The notes under the pieces: generated by a model | Seen by the model: only the letters and a program-made list of their open reading frames with translations | Databases searched by the model: none | What the model was told of the DNA's origin: nothing | Shown here: piece after piece, positions 50,444-63,225 of the stretch | Numbering within the stretch: position 1 is the stretch's first letter | Layout: every line of letters starts with the position of its first letter | Origin: Paraspadella gotoi | Taxonomy: Eukaryota > Animalia > Chaetognatha | NCBI GenBank assembly: GCA_051294375.1 | Contig: CM119266.1 | Location: 3,093,812-3,157,811 of the forward strand | Reading direction: 5' to 3' | DNA length: 64,000 nt | Position numbers and translations under genes: made by a program

Positions 50444-53400
50444 CTTCTCTCTCTCAAAACGATAAAAACTGCCACAATAGGTTTTGCAAAAAACATTGAT
50501 TCGATCTGCAAAAAATAACACGTCGTCCGTGTGTCGTCGTTTTCGTCGGCTAGTCCTTCGTAAAGTCCAACGTTTCGATCTTTTCCGCTGTTCATCCCTC
50601 TCCTTCCTTCTGCGATTTGCGAAAAACAGTCCTCCTGTCCGGGAGGAAAAATGCGCTCATATGAGTGGACACGACAGAGAGGCGGGGGAAACAGGATGCT
50701 CTTCAGATAGCCGCAAGTTAGGATTGCGATCTCGCTTGTTTGCCGGTCACGCATCGCAAAGCGATCTCAAGCATCTCTATAGTAACAGAAGATTATTTCT
50801 GCCACGATGCATCAGTTGATTTTTTTTTTTTCCAGGATTGTTTCTCAAATTTTGTTTCTAATTAGCGCAATAATTGAAAGCGCGATATGTCAAAGTTCAT
50901 TGTACACTTTCGTTTACCAAATTTTATTTGTTCCTTAGGGTTATGCCATGTAATGAGGTAATTGTATTCTGTCTGGGTTGAAAAAAGCTTCATGTCTCAA
51001 ATTGCATGACTTCAATGGATGAATGTTCACGTTCTCCGAAAAGTCTATTTGAAAAAAACCTAAATAATGCAAAAAAGGAATAAATTCCATTATTTTCTCG
51101 GTCTATATTTTCTTTTGCGTAATAGAAACTATTTTTCGTCGGTTTTTTCGTTTTATTGTCCATAACTTGGCTCAACCCCGAGCCCAGCCTCCCTTCTTCC
51201 CGACCCCTTTTCTCAACAATACCCTTCCTTACCCCAACCACCCCTTTTCCAGTTTTCAACACAACCCCTTCTGCCGCTCCCCATCCATTCCCCCCCCCAA
51301 CCGTTGGCGCCTTTTGAGACAAATCACGTTCAATTTCGGCCGTGACCAATTTTTTTTTTGACAGTGCGCATGTAGGGATATGAACGTCGACGAGCACGGG
51401 TAAACCAAAGTCGCTTCGTCATGAACAACTGGAGGCCGATGGCCGTCGGGTCGAGTATGAGGAGCGAGGAAGAGGATGGGGATTCCAATGGGCTGAAAAA
51501 GAAAGGAGACTTTGGGTGAGTTAGAATTAAGGCAAAATCAGGAAGAGGGTAAGTGCAGTTTGACGAGGATTCTTTTCATGCTCCAATTTTCTCAATGGCT
51601 CAAAAGAGAATAAACTTTCGACACAATGCCAATCACCAAGTTTTTTAAACCTCTGTTAACGTTGGCGTTTATATCTCATAAATTAGTTCAATTATATTCA
51701 TTGTCTATTTTTAACACTTCATTGATATGGAAGCCAAGGCTCTAAAGAGTTTGACATACTATGATTAAGACCTACGCTCTGCTATAGGGCTTAAATGTCT
51801 TTGTCTTGTAGAGCGGATAAAGGGCATAGAACCAGTCCAAAGTCCAGTCGGCAACATCGCTATAATTGAAGGAAGGAAGGTGATAATTCTACTTTTTTGT
51901 AGTTGTACTTAATTTCATAGATCCTGAGTTGTACAATATTCTTTTTTCAATTTTATGTTTCCTTATTCCTCCTTCCACCTCCGCTCTCCCTCCGGCCCTT
52001 CTCCCCCACCTCTCCCTTTTACATCCTCACGAATCACGTTTTCCGCCTCCATCGCTCCACCCCCTTTCCTCCTCCTCTTCCTCCTCCTTCTCCTCTTCCT
52101 CCTCAGATGTAATCGGAATTTAATCTCTAATCTCGAGTGAAGATGGAATCATTGATCTTCACAATGGAACTGGAAGGAAGGAAGAGGAGGAGGAGGGAGA
52201 GAGCAGAGAGGCGCCGCATAAACGTGATCGTTTGGTGTCCAAATATTGTTACTTTCTCTCTTCCTCTCTCCTCTCTCTCTCTCTTCTCTCTCGTCTCTCT
52301 ACTCTCTCTCTCTTCCTCTCTCTCTCTTCTCTCGTCTTGCGTCCACTTTTCTATTTCAACAAAAAAAGGAATATAACTTTCTTTCTTCGTTTATATTTTC
52401 TGTTCTTTTTCACTTTTTCATTCTTTCATTTTTTTTTCTTTTTTTAAACACTTTTCTTCTTTTTCTCTCTCTTATACTTTTTTTCATCCACGCCTTGTGC
52501 TTATGCTTTGTGCAATTGTGCAATGTATATATACAATGCATTGTGCATGCTGCAAATTATATTTCTTGTTTTTCAGGCCTCCGTTTTTTTTCTGTTTTTT
52601 CTGTTTTTTTCACCAAAGCCCAAAAACCTTTTTTTCTGTGATTTAATTATATGTTTTTCATTTTTATACAGGGAGAATCCTCTTAATTAATACTACGCAG
52701 AATTAACGTAAAGAAACCTCATTTAAAATCCTTAAAGAAACCCATTTGTATAAAAACCGTTCCTTCTCAATTGTATTAACTTAACAACATCATATTTTCT
52801 ATCTTTTTGCTCTAACCACTCTCCGCGTGCTAAAATCTTCAAATTTTTAAAGCGGGATGTTGAATTTCCGAATCCCACTGATTTAAGTTTCGCCGTAATC
52901 CGACTTTTACAAAATCGATGTAAAATTTAGGAAAGACTTTTTGGCGGTCTGTCGGTTTCTCTATAAAGTTTGTAAGCAAATTTTAAAAACTATTAAAATT
53001 AATATAATATAACTTTCTATATATTTATTAATTGGGTCCGGAAGTGGGGAGCGCCCCCCGGCCTTTTTTAACTACAGTAACTTGAGGATTTTAAATAGGG
53101 AATTATAAGTTAAGTTAAAAACTAAAAAAAATTAATATACAACTTACGACAACCAAGGACACCCTCAGTAATACAATTTTTTACTTTTTTGGAGCGCTCC
53201 CTTAAAGTTAACTTTAATTAAATTTAAAATATAATAATGGATACAGATTATGTAGACGATTGTTAGCATTACAAAGAATACTGTGTATCAGAATCACGAG
53301 ATTAGACGATGAATAAAAGATGTACAGCATGACTTGCAACATTGTCTAGCAAAGGAGTAAGATTGGGTATTATTTTCGCAGCTTATGAAAATGTGCAAAA

Positions 53401-54940
53401 TTTCCTGGTCATTTCGTGATGATCAGTCTTCTGAGTGATGAGAAGCTTAGATATACAGAATGTTACGAGGTATCTAGTGACATGTATGGAACATTGCAGA
53501 GCTACTAGATAACGATAGAGTAGTACGTGAGTTGAGAGAATTTCTCGCAGAGAGTGCATATAAACCAAGATCTCTTGCATTTATCTGATCTGTCGTGGGT
53601 AAAGAATCAAATTTTTCTTGGTTCGTCCACATCTGTGAATGTAATAAACAAGTGAGAAAAATCAAGTCTTAGTGTGCGGAACACAGATAAGACCTTTTTG
53701 GCGAAACTAAACAGAGAAACGAGCAGAAAAGTTAAAAACAGAGGGAACATTAGAGACGCTCTCACGGGCGCTCGTGTAGCCCATCCTCTCTTGAACATAA
53801 GCCTACTCTCTCTCTGTGCTCTTCTCTCTCTTCTCTTCTCTCTTCTCTCTCTCTCTTCTCTTCTTCTTCTCTCTGCAATCTCTTTATCCTTTTATCTTTC
53901 ATTCCACTCATGAATAAAAATATTTGATATTCATACAACTTGCGTACGAATATGAATAATGAAATAGTTATTAATCAGCCTGACAACAATAACTAACATT
54001 ACTTTAGCCAATAGACCCTAGCCCTAAAATCAAGTAATGAGACATAAAATTAAGGTTTCCGTCTGTAGAAAGGCTTTTTTCCAGAATTAGTATTGTCACA
54101 ATACTATAATAAAACAATCGATAATATGCTTAAATATTTAAGTAAAACTCGAATAAAGATAAGCTCGTCCTTGGTCAGTAAGCTCGAAAGAGATGTCCTT
54201 CTATTTGTTACCTGGTTGCGTCAGTCTCTAGTACAGTATGCTTCTTTGTCGTCATTCTTCTATCGTCATGTGGTTGCTAATGAAACAAACTAGCAAAGAC
54301 CAATAACAAGGACGACGAAAAACAAAACACAAAGAACGAGCATGACAAAAAAAATGTAGGACTACAGAACATTTCACAATCATTGACGACGATTATAAGA
54401 ACACGACGACGACGATGACGACGACGTCCGTTATGGAAGACAGAAGCAAATTGATAAATTTAAAATATAGGTTGTCTCTAGAAGAGACATCGCACAGCAC
54501 AGTGGGTTAGTGAGCTATTATCTTGTCCATAGAAGCCAAACTCTATTTTTTGAACCGCAAATATACATGAGTTTATTCGTATAAAAGATCCATGATTTGA
54601 TGACATCTTTTTTGATCGAAAATGACAATAAAAATAAACTACGGGAATAAAAATCGAAAATTAGGTGGGACTCCTATGAAAAACCAGGTCGGGTTCCAAC
54701 ACAAACAAAAAGTTGGTGGGCTACAGTTTTATCGGCTGAATTTTTAATTATTTGTCGCTTATCATTGAAAAAACTCGATTGCTTTGGTATTCTGAATTTT
54801 CAACCAATTTGTTTTCTCTTAATTTTCTCTTCTTTAGGGCTGCGTTTTCTTTATATACTTTTTACATTTTTTCTCTTTTCTTTTGGTTTTTTTTCCCTTT
54901 AATTTTTCTCCGTGTGATTCAACGGGTTCAGGATTTCTCT

Positions 54941-55045
54941 TTATTGCATCTCGGTCGAAAAATTCCCTCCGGTGTCGTAAATGTCGTCCTCGTCTGCAGA
55001 GTAACGCATACCGAACATGAGAGCCATGGAGCAGATAGAGAACAT
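54941..55045 (-). CDS. Possible terminal exon of a membrane protein, tetraspanin-like TM4 end (MFSICSMALMFGMRYSADEDDIYDTGGNFSTEMQ*)
   Basis: Polypyrimidine tract with ttgccag acceptor, a 35-codon open frame, and a hydrophobic start followed by a short polar tail. Upstream exons not found. Confidence 0.35.
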   Translation of the reverse strand: MFSICSMALMFGMRYSADEDDIYDTGGNFSTEMQ

Positions 55046-55522
55046 CTGGCAATTAAAGAGACGAGAAGACATAATGAAAGACAGCGACCGGTGCGGATCG
55101 ATTCGCATGACATCAGACTGAACACAAAAAAGAAAAATCAGCAGTATAAGTAAGAAAGGTAAATAAACGGCGAGACGAGTAGATCTGAGAACCCTCGAGA
55201 TCCTTACTGCGATCTCTACTCTCTCTTCTCTCTCTCTCTCTCTCGATACTCTCTCTCTCTCATCTAATTAAAAACACAAAATTCTAATTGAAAACAAAAA
55301 AGATTGCCCGAGGGAANNNNNNNNNNNNNNNNNNNNNNNNNGAATTTCCAAGAAAGTTAAAGAACGACACCGAGAGGTCACTTCATTTCGTATTCATTTC
55401 CCTTCTTTTAATTTTGTTTATTTTTATTCATACAAAACAGTTCATTCAACATATAAAAAGGGTTTCGCAATAGAAGCAACATTAACAACTATAACAACAT
55501 CGACATCAACAACAACAACAAG

Positions 55523-55765
55523 ATGTGGCCCATCTCCTGTTCCGTTCCACTGACGATCGTCGACGATCCATTCGACGCCGACTACGACGCCGTCGTGCTC
55601 ATCCTCCCGACCCTCAAACATCCCCGGCGCGACGCCGCAGCAGGCGCCCCAGTCGCCGACGCTGACGCCGCTTTTTGGAAGGAGTTTCCGCCGGAAGTGA
55701 AGTCGGCCGTCGAGACGGCGAAGAAAGTTGACGCGGCTCTGGGAAGGACGGTCTGTTTGATCCAA
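55523..55765 (+). CDS. First coding exon of an M17 leucyl-aminopeptidase-like protein (W07G4.4-type N-terminus); partial
   Basis: ATG, 81 GC-rich codons (PLTIVDDPFDADYDAVVLI…VKSAVETAKKVDAALGRTVCLIQ) and a perfect gtaagt donor at 55766. Family call is by remembered resemblance; downstream exons not seen. Confidence 0.65.
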
Positions 55766-56401
55766 GTAAGTTTGGGATGAAGCTGAGTTTAAGGGGAGGG
55801 TCGGGTTTAGTTGATGACCATTATTATTATAATTATTATTATTATTATTATTATTATTANNNNNNNNNNNNNNNNNNNNNNNNNNNNNNNNNNNNNNNNN
55901 NNNNNNNNNNNNNNNNNNNNNNNNNNNNNNNNNNNNNNNNNNNNNNNNNNNNNNNNNNNNNNNNNNNNNNNNNNNNNNNNNNNNNNNNNNNNNNNNNNNN
56001 NNNNNNNNNNNNNNNNNNNNNNNNNNATTATTATTATTATTATTATCTGGTAATTGGGATGTAGGTGTAAACCCTATTCATGGAATGAATGGATAATTTT
56101 TATAAATTCGTAATTAAAGTGAATATTATTTCGATTATCATTTCTTTTTACAACTCCATTTTAGTCTAATATTTTCCCTTCTAACCTTTCTTGAATAATT
56201 TTTTCGTATCCCTATTTTTATTTTAACTTGGCTTTTTCATCTTTCTTTTCGTTTCACAATTTCTTTTTTTTCATTGCAGCCATTCACTACCTGCAGTCAT
56301 TCACTTCCTTCAAATAAGTTTGGCCGAATAACCTTTTCACCTGAGAAGTATTCTTCCTTTTCACTTTCCCTTCTCTCTCACTCTATCTCCATATCTTTTC
56401 T

Positions 56402-56620
56402 GCTTTTTTTAAATTTATTTTTTTTGTTAATAATACGTCATTATATGAGTGCATCATATTGGAAAGTCAAAGTTAATTTTTGGTCCAGTTTTAAACGCCA
56501 TTTTTGAGCATTTTAAGTAATTTTATGTCATTTTCCGCTTTTTTTTAATTTATTTTTTTGTTAATGATACGTCATTATATGATGCATCATATTGGAAAAG
56601 ATAATTTTTGATCCTGTTTT
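56402..56620 (+). repeat. ~135-bp tandem duplication
   Basis: gctttttttaa.tttattttttt.gttaat.atacgtcattatatga.gcatcatattggaaa…gagcattttaagtaattt occurs twice. Confidence 0.85.
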
Positions 56621-56704
56621 AACGTCATTTTTGAGCATTTTAAGTAATTTGTATGTCATTTGATGTCATTTTCGGTCATTTTACGTCATTTCATGTCGTT
56701 ACCT

Positions 56705-56955
56705 TGTAGTCGGGCATTGCCTAGGTTCACCCCGCCTATAAGCATTACACTTTCAGTTTTGACCCGCTGGCTCATTGAGTAAAACCATAAGCTCATTACA
56801 ATAGGTAACGGGTTCAATCCCAACACGGTACCTCCCTGAGGAATCTGTGGACGGGCCTATGGTTCCAAGCTGAGCACCCGTTTCATGGCTGCTAGTGGGG
56901 TTACGAAGTTACGGATAGTCATTTTCAGCCCACTTAGCGCCTTATCCACACACCA
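56705..56955 (+). mobile_element. tRNA-containing LTR-like repeat, copy 3
   Basis: tgtagtcggg start; tRNA-like 56761-56832 with A-box-like tggctcattgag and B-box ggttcaatcc; 3' half homologous to 38600-38660. Confidence 0.7.
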
Positions 56956-57719
56956 ATGTACCTCATCTAATTCTTTAATTAAAAATAATTTTTAATATCC
57001 TTTTTCATTTTGTCTTCCTCTTCTTGCTCTTTACTTTTCTCCCTCTTTCCCTTTCGTATTTTGTTTTCTTGTGTCTCTCTTTACAACCTTCCTCTTCTTA
57101 TCTCTCCAATTGTTTTTTCTTCTCCCCTCCCTCTCCTCCTCCTCTCTCCTCCCTTCTAAATTTCTTTCTCCCTCTTCATTTTCTCTCTCTCCCGCCCAAT
57201 TTTCCTTTTTCCTCCTCATTTCCTCTTCTTTCTCCTTCCTCATTTTCCTCTGTTCCTCATTTTCTTTCTTCTCCTTCCTCATTTCTTTTCTTCTTCTCTT
57301 TCCCACTTTCCCACTTTTCTTCTTTCTCCCTTTTCAATCAATGAGATGCGAAACTCGATACAGAAAGAGTCTCGATTGAAGGTAAAGAGAAGGAGGAGGA
57401 AGAGGAAGAGGAGGAGCAGGAAGAAGAAGAAGAAAAAAAAGAAGAAAAGTGTAACTATGGGTCTCAAAGCAAAGAGAAAAGTTCTGGGAATCGAGTTATT
57501 GACTTTTCGAGTCGACGGTAATGGGGCTGATAAATAAAGTTGACGCCGAAGTTTTATTTTACCCGTTCACGGCCGTTCTAGTACCGAAAAAAAAAAATAT
57601 CCTTTCTTCCTTTGTTCTTTCCTTTATCGTTTATTTTCTCACGACCTGCCATCCCTGAATGTTATCCTTCCTTTTTCTTTGTATTTTCTCTCATCCTTGT
57701 TTGTATTCTTCCCATTTTA

Positions 57720-58410
57720 TTATTCATCTTTATCCTTTTTTCCTCATTCTCCCTTCCTCTCCTCCTCCCTTATTTTTCTATATCCTTTTTTCCTCATTCC
57801 TCACTTCCTCCTTCCTCACTTATTTTCTTATTTCCTTTTTTCTTCATTCCTCCTTCCTCCCTTCTTCCCTTCTTCCCTTCTCTCCTCCTCCCTTATTTTT
57901 ACTTTTCCTTTTTTTCTCATTCCTTCCTTCCTCCCTTCCTCTCCTCCTCCTTATTTTCCTTATCCTTTTTTTTTCCTCATTCTCCCTTCCTCCCTTACTC
58001 CCTTATTTTTCCTATTTTCTTTTTTTTCCTCATTTCCTTTCTTCCTCCATTCCTCCCTTCCTCTCCCTCCTCCCTTATTTCTTCTTTTCCTTTTTTTCCT
58101 TCATTCCTCTCCTTCCTCCCTTCCTCTCCTCCCTTATTTTCCTTTTTTCTTTTTTTTCCTCATTTCCTCCCTATCCTCCATTCCTTCACCTTCCTCTTCC
58201 TCCTCCCTTATTTTCCTTTTTTCTTTTCCTCATTCCTCCCTTCCTCCTTCCTCTNNNNNNNNNNNNNNNNNNNNNNNNNTCCTCCCTTATTTTCCTTTTT
58301 TCTTTTTTTCCTCATTCCTCCCTTCCTCCATTCCTCCCTTCCTCTCCTCCTCCCTTATTTTTTTTTCTTTTTTTCCTCATTCCTCCCTTCCCCACTTATT
58401 TTCCTTTTTA
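57720..58410 (+). repeat. Pyrimidine-rich ~45-50 bp minisatellite
   Basis: Recurring ctcctcccttattttcc…tttttcctcattcctcccttc; source of the three long F/S/L/P ORFs. Confidence 0.9.
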
Positions 58411-58838
58411 TTTCTGTATTTTTCTCTCTTTTTGCTTTCATTCTTTTAATCTTAGTGAATCGTGTTCCTTGACATTTAAGTTAAAAGGTTATTGGAGATT
58501 GAATAAAAGAGACTCGTCTCTGTTTCATTCTTAGTTCTCCACTTCCGGTCTGACTGCCCTAGTTTGTCCCAGTCTTGGTTCACACTTTTCCCCGTCATGT
58601 CACAATCGCGACAAGTCAGGAAAGTTCTCATCTCTTTGCTGCAACCGAATCACGAATCACGTGACCGAGTTGGAGATCTCAGAACAAGATATCGATTTTC
58701 CCTTTCGTCTTTAAACAAAGGAGTATCTGAATCGGTGGATTCATATGAATAAAGCCTTGGATTCATCTTTCGATTCATTCTCATCGGACCTAATTCATTT
58801 GATCTTGTGGAAGAAAGATCATCTTTGCGTTGAATGGT

Positions 58839-58875
<37 letters not shown>

Positions 58876-59729
58876 TAATGTTATTTTTTGGTCTTCGTCT
58901 TCGTCATTTATTTTTGTCGTTCTTTTTTACTATAACAACTGTTAATAGCTTAATGTTAAATATTTAATTAAAAAATTATGTAAAAATAACAAATTAAAAA
59001 ACAAATAAATAAAATATAGAAATATCTAATTCTGTGACAGCCCAAACCTGACTTCCAGATTTTCGTCCCAAGTTTTTTCCNNNNNNNNNNNNNNNNNNNN
59101 NNNNNCATTGTCATCATTTGTTTTTATACACAATGTCATCTATTTCAATTGAAACTACAAACCCTTTTTTTAAGTATCGCGTTCAGACATTCTAACGGAA
59201 GTTATTGACCTCATGTTTTATTATTCACCCTGTATGTATCTATCACCCTTTTACGGTGAGAACAAACGCTTTCCATCACATCACTAGACATATCACCAAA
59301 CACCTTATCCTTTCTTTCCTTCGCCCTTCTTCTCCCTTTCGCCCTTTGAACTTTACAACCCTCACGCTTTCTCTTTCCTCGAGTCTTCTGTCTTTCAACG
59401 CGAAGACCTTACTCCCTTCAAATAAAACCTCACCTTTGCTCTTCCTCCATCCCTCCTCCCCTCCCGCTGGCTCCTGGGCCCTCCTCCTGGCTCGCTACTC
59501 GATGCCCTCGCCCGCTCCCTCTTATAACAGCCGATTCCGCATGTTACGATCTTTCTCTTCTCAGATTATGAGCGAACTCAACTTTCATTCATCTGAACGT
59601 TATTACGCATGACTTTTCCTTACTCTGAATTAAGAGAAACCAAACATTACTTTATCGGCCCACAAAAATTTTTTTTCTAATTTTGTGTAGAAAGATATTC
59701 TTCCCTATCTGTCTCTCTCTCTTTATCTC

Positions 59730-60150
59730 TTCTTCCTTCTTCCCTCTCTCTCCTCTCTTCGATCTCGCCGAATCCCTTCTCATACCGAGTTGCCGTAGAC
59801 GGTGCGCAGGATCTTTTGATTTTCTTCAATGTCTCTCGGTCGTCTTTTCGACACGATTCCCCGTGACTTCACGCCGTTTTGAGACCTTTTCCAGGCGGAA
59901 TCGGGGATCAGGGGGGCGATGGATCGGTCGGGGATGGGGTCGTTGTTGAAGGGAGGAAGGGTTTTTTGAAGGGAAGGGGGCGATGGAACGGTGGGGTGGA
60001 GGTTGTTGGAAGGGGAAAGGGGTTTTTGAAAAGTCTTGGGGGTTTATCTTAGTGTGGCGGTCGCATGGAGGTGGAATGGGGGGTTGCTTGAAATCGGGGG
60101 GCATGGGAATATTGGGGGGTCGTTGGTTAAAATCAGAATGCAAAGGGTGG
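59730..60150 (-). CDS. Possible Pro/Gln-rich then Arg/Glu-rich coding segment (error-containing), product unknown
   Basis: ORF 59826..60143 (NQRPPNIPMPPDFKQPPIPPP…FQQPPP…DPRFR) has non-microsatellite, protein-like composition; boundaries not resolved. Confidence 0.3.
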
Positions 60151-62304
60151 TCTGAGTGAAGAGGAAGGAGAGTCCCAGTCAGAAGGGGGGAATGAACGAG
60201 ATATCAATGGTTTGGAAACAAATGTAAGAAGAAAGGATTTAAATAAGATAAAAAGTTGAGTTAAGAAAAGAAAGAAATAATACGGGAAGCGAGTAAAGGA
60301 AGAAAGCACTATGAAAAGAGGATAGAGAAGCGAAAATGATATTTAATGGAAGATAGGAAATTATAACTAAAGAAGTAATGCGTGAATAGATATAAATGAA
60401 TAAATAATAAAAGAGACTCGAGACGGATCTTAATGCCCCTCCTCTCCCATCCCTCCACCGCGAGGTTCAACGTGCGATGGCTGATCTTTTTCGCAAGCAA
60501 CGAGAACAATCAAAAAACACAATCAACTCTCTCCAACTTCTTCTTCTCATCTCTTCTCCTCTCTCTCTTCCTCTCCTCTCTATTATCTATCTATCATCTA
60601 TCTTTTATCTATTTTTATGTCTCACGGCTGGTTCGGGGTTCTTTAACTCGTGATACCCATAGTGTGTTTCAAATATACTATCGTTTGGGACTTTAAGGAA
60701 GTTTTTCGATTTATATATCACTAAAGCTCTCACTTCTATATTTTCTTTATTATTAAATTGCGTACCAAAGAAAATTCGCGTGGCGAAACAGTTGACGTCC
60801 TCACGGGATCGAGGAAAAGTTTGGTCCCGAATCCCTCCAGAACGGTTTAAAAATCAAGACAAGAGTTTGCTATTGTTTTTCTCTTCCCTCGTGATGTTTT
60901 TCTTTTCACACTCTAAAGTGAGAATCCTTCTCCTTCACCTCTCCTCTCTCTTCTCTCTCTTCTCTCCTCATCTCTCTCTCCTCTTCCTTCTCTCTCTCTC
61001 TTCCTCTCTCTCAGTCTCCTCTCTTTCTCTCTCTCTTCTCTCTCTCTTCTAACCCATCCCCCCCCCAAAAATTTCCCTCCAAACCTTTCAAGATCTCCCC
61101 GTTTGAATGAGGACCGCAGTCTCTCTTGAACCCGTACAGGGCGGGTCGTACGGCACTCCTCACCGCGCGTACGTACGTCCGTTGGCCGCCTGTCCAACTC
61201 CCACTCTTGGTTGTGCGTTCGTTCAGTTATGGAAAGTTGTATTGATTCGCGTAGTAAGAAGTGGCCACTGAACTTTGGTAGTTGTGGTTGAACTTTGGGA
61301 GAAGCGGTTGATTGTAATTAAAAAAATTAAAAGAAAAATAAAAAAATAAATAAAAAAAAATAAGAAAATAAATAAAAAAAGTCCTGAAACGAAGAGTCTT
61401 ACATGGCGATTTTAACTAAAAAACATTTCAAACTGTTTTGTACTGAACGCAAATGACTGTGATAATCGTTTCGACATCGGCTGCACATTGGTAACAATAT
61501 TATCTTTCTTTGAACATTAACATTTTGTTAAGAAAGTAATTTTTAAACCAGAAGTCTAATTTAATAATGAAAGAATTCAGTAAACCATTCATGATTACGT
61601 TGTTTTTTTTTTTATCTTTTTCATCGCAGCCTTTATTTCCTCCTTTTTTTCCCTCCAGAAAAATCCAGTGATTCCATGTTTCTCTCTCTCTCTTTTTAAT
61701 TCACGTGGTTTGAAAACTGGTGAGGATAAAGAATTAAATAAAGGAACTCAACCGATCGAACACGAATTTCAACTTTCAGGGAATTGATAAGCAAGAATTC
61801 CTCAAGAAAGGAAGAGGTGAGCTGAAACGGGAAACATTTGGTGTTTGGATTTGTGTGGCTATTAATAATACAAGCTTCTGGTTTTGTTTTTTTACGATGT
61901 CGTACAAACCGTTTCGGCAGTCGCGCCTCAAAAGTTTAAATTTGATTTAAAACATGCTTTGGTCATTATTAATCTGTTTTGTCTAATCTTTAAGTTTTGG
62001 TATTTTGATACTATCTCACAGTATTTTCTAGTTGGAGTTAAATACCTAGTCTTTTATCAAAACTAATTACAATAAAAACTAAAATAACGTCGAATAATTT
62101 ATTATTAATATTTTGAGCGCCCAATAAAAAACCCATATAGAGGAGATATTAACGCGGGCCATACCTCGCAGTTTAAACTGTTAAACTTCGCGCAGTTTCG
62201 GGGAAGAGAACTATATGTTACGCGCAACTACGCCGCGGCGGTTTCGCCGGGGATATCATTCCGCAAATCCCCGCCCAATTCTTGACGGGGAGAGAAATGG
62301 CCTA

Positions 62305-62339
<35 letters not shown>

Positions 62340-62764
62340 CTCCTTCCTCTGCCACGTCACCTTTTCCCTCCAGTCTCTCTCTCTCCTCCTCAACAAACGC
62401 ATCTTTTTTTCTCTTTTATTGGCTTATCAGTACCATTGTCAAAATGGCGAATAAAATAAGTGAGGGTCATGCAGATTTTTGAGATCTTCTTTTTGCTTTT
62501 TCTTTGTTTATTATACTGAGGTATTGTTTTAATTTTGTTCGGTTTTATATAAAATCACACACGACGGATATGACATATCACTTTCTTGGGTGTACGTCCT
62601 AGAAAAGGTAAATCGTAAAGTAAAAAAGAAAGACAAATAAGAAGTAAGAGGAATAAAATATATGGAAAAAGATAGAAGAGTGGAAAGAAATAGATAGAAT
62701 ATAAGATTAATTACGAGGAAGAAGTCATAATACAGTAAAGACATATGTATACCTTCTGTATCAC

Positions 62765-63225
62765 AGTCTGTAAAAAGAGTGTGTTATTTAGCTGGATCAT
62801 ATACAGGCTTCGATGAATAGAGTGCTGATGGAGACTTGGAAATTAATAAAACATCGTCTCTTTCTCACAAAACAACAACAATGCTTTTTCTCCAATTTAA
62901 AACCACATCTACGCATGCTAAGAGAGAGAGGAGAGAGAAGAGAAGAGAGAGAGAAACAGGGAGAAGACCAAAATAATAGCATTTATGTAATGTCAACAAT
63001 GCGATACTAATGTCTTAAACTAATGGTTCGAATTTAACAATTAATTCTAATAATAAATAAATAAAGTAATGATAAGGACAAGTGTTTGTGCCTCTGTAGT
63101 TTCGATCAGTTAGAAAGAAAGACAATATAGTATATTGTAAGTGTAAAAAAATGTGTTATTTAGCTGGATATACAGCTTCGATGGCACATAGAGTATGATG
63201 AAGACTTGTAATTAAAAAATTTCAA
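62765..63225 (+). repeat. Noisy direct duplication (~62.77-62.86 kb vs ~63.14-63.22 kb)
   Basis: tgtgttatttagctggat..atacag.cttcgatg…gacttg.aattaa in both copies. Confidence 0.75.

Noticed and set aside
55442-55765. Minus-strand 107-aa ORF
   Set aside because: Antisense shadow of the aminopeptidase exon.
56761-56832. Functional tRNA gene (also 40297-40368 and 33210-33275)
   Set aside because: A/B boxes are present but acceptor and anticodon stems do not pair well, and the segments sit inside repeat-like elements.
57612-58534. Three overlapping 250-290 aa ORFs
   Set aside because: A pyrimidine minisatellite lacks stop codons in all frames by composition, and the ORFs span an N gap.
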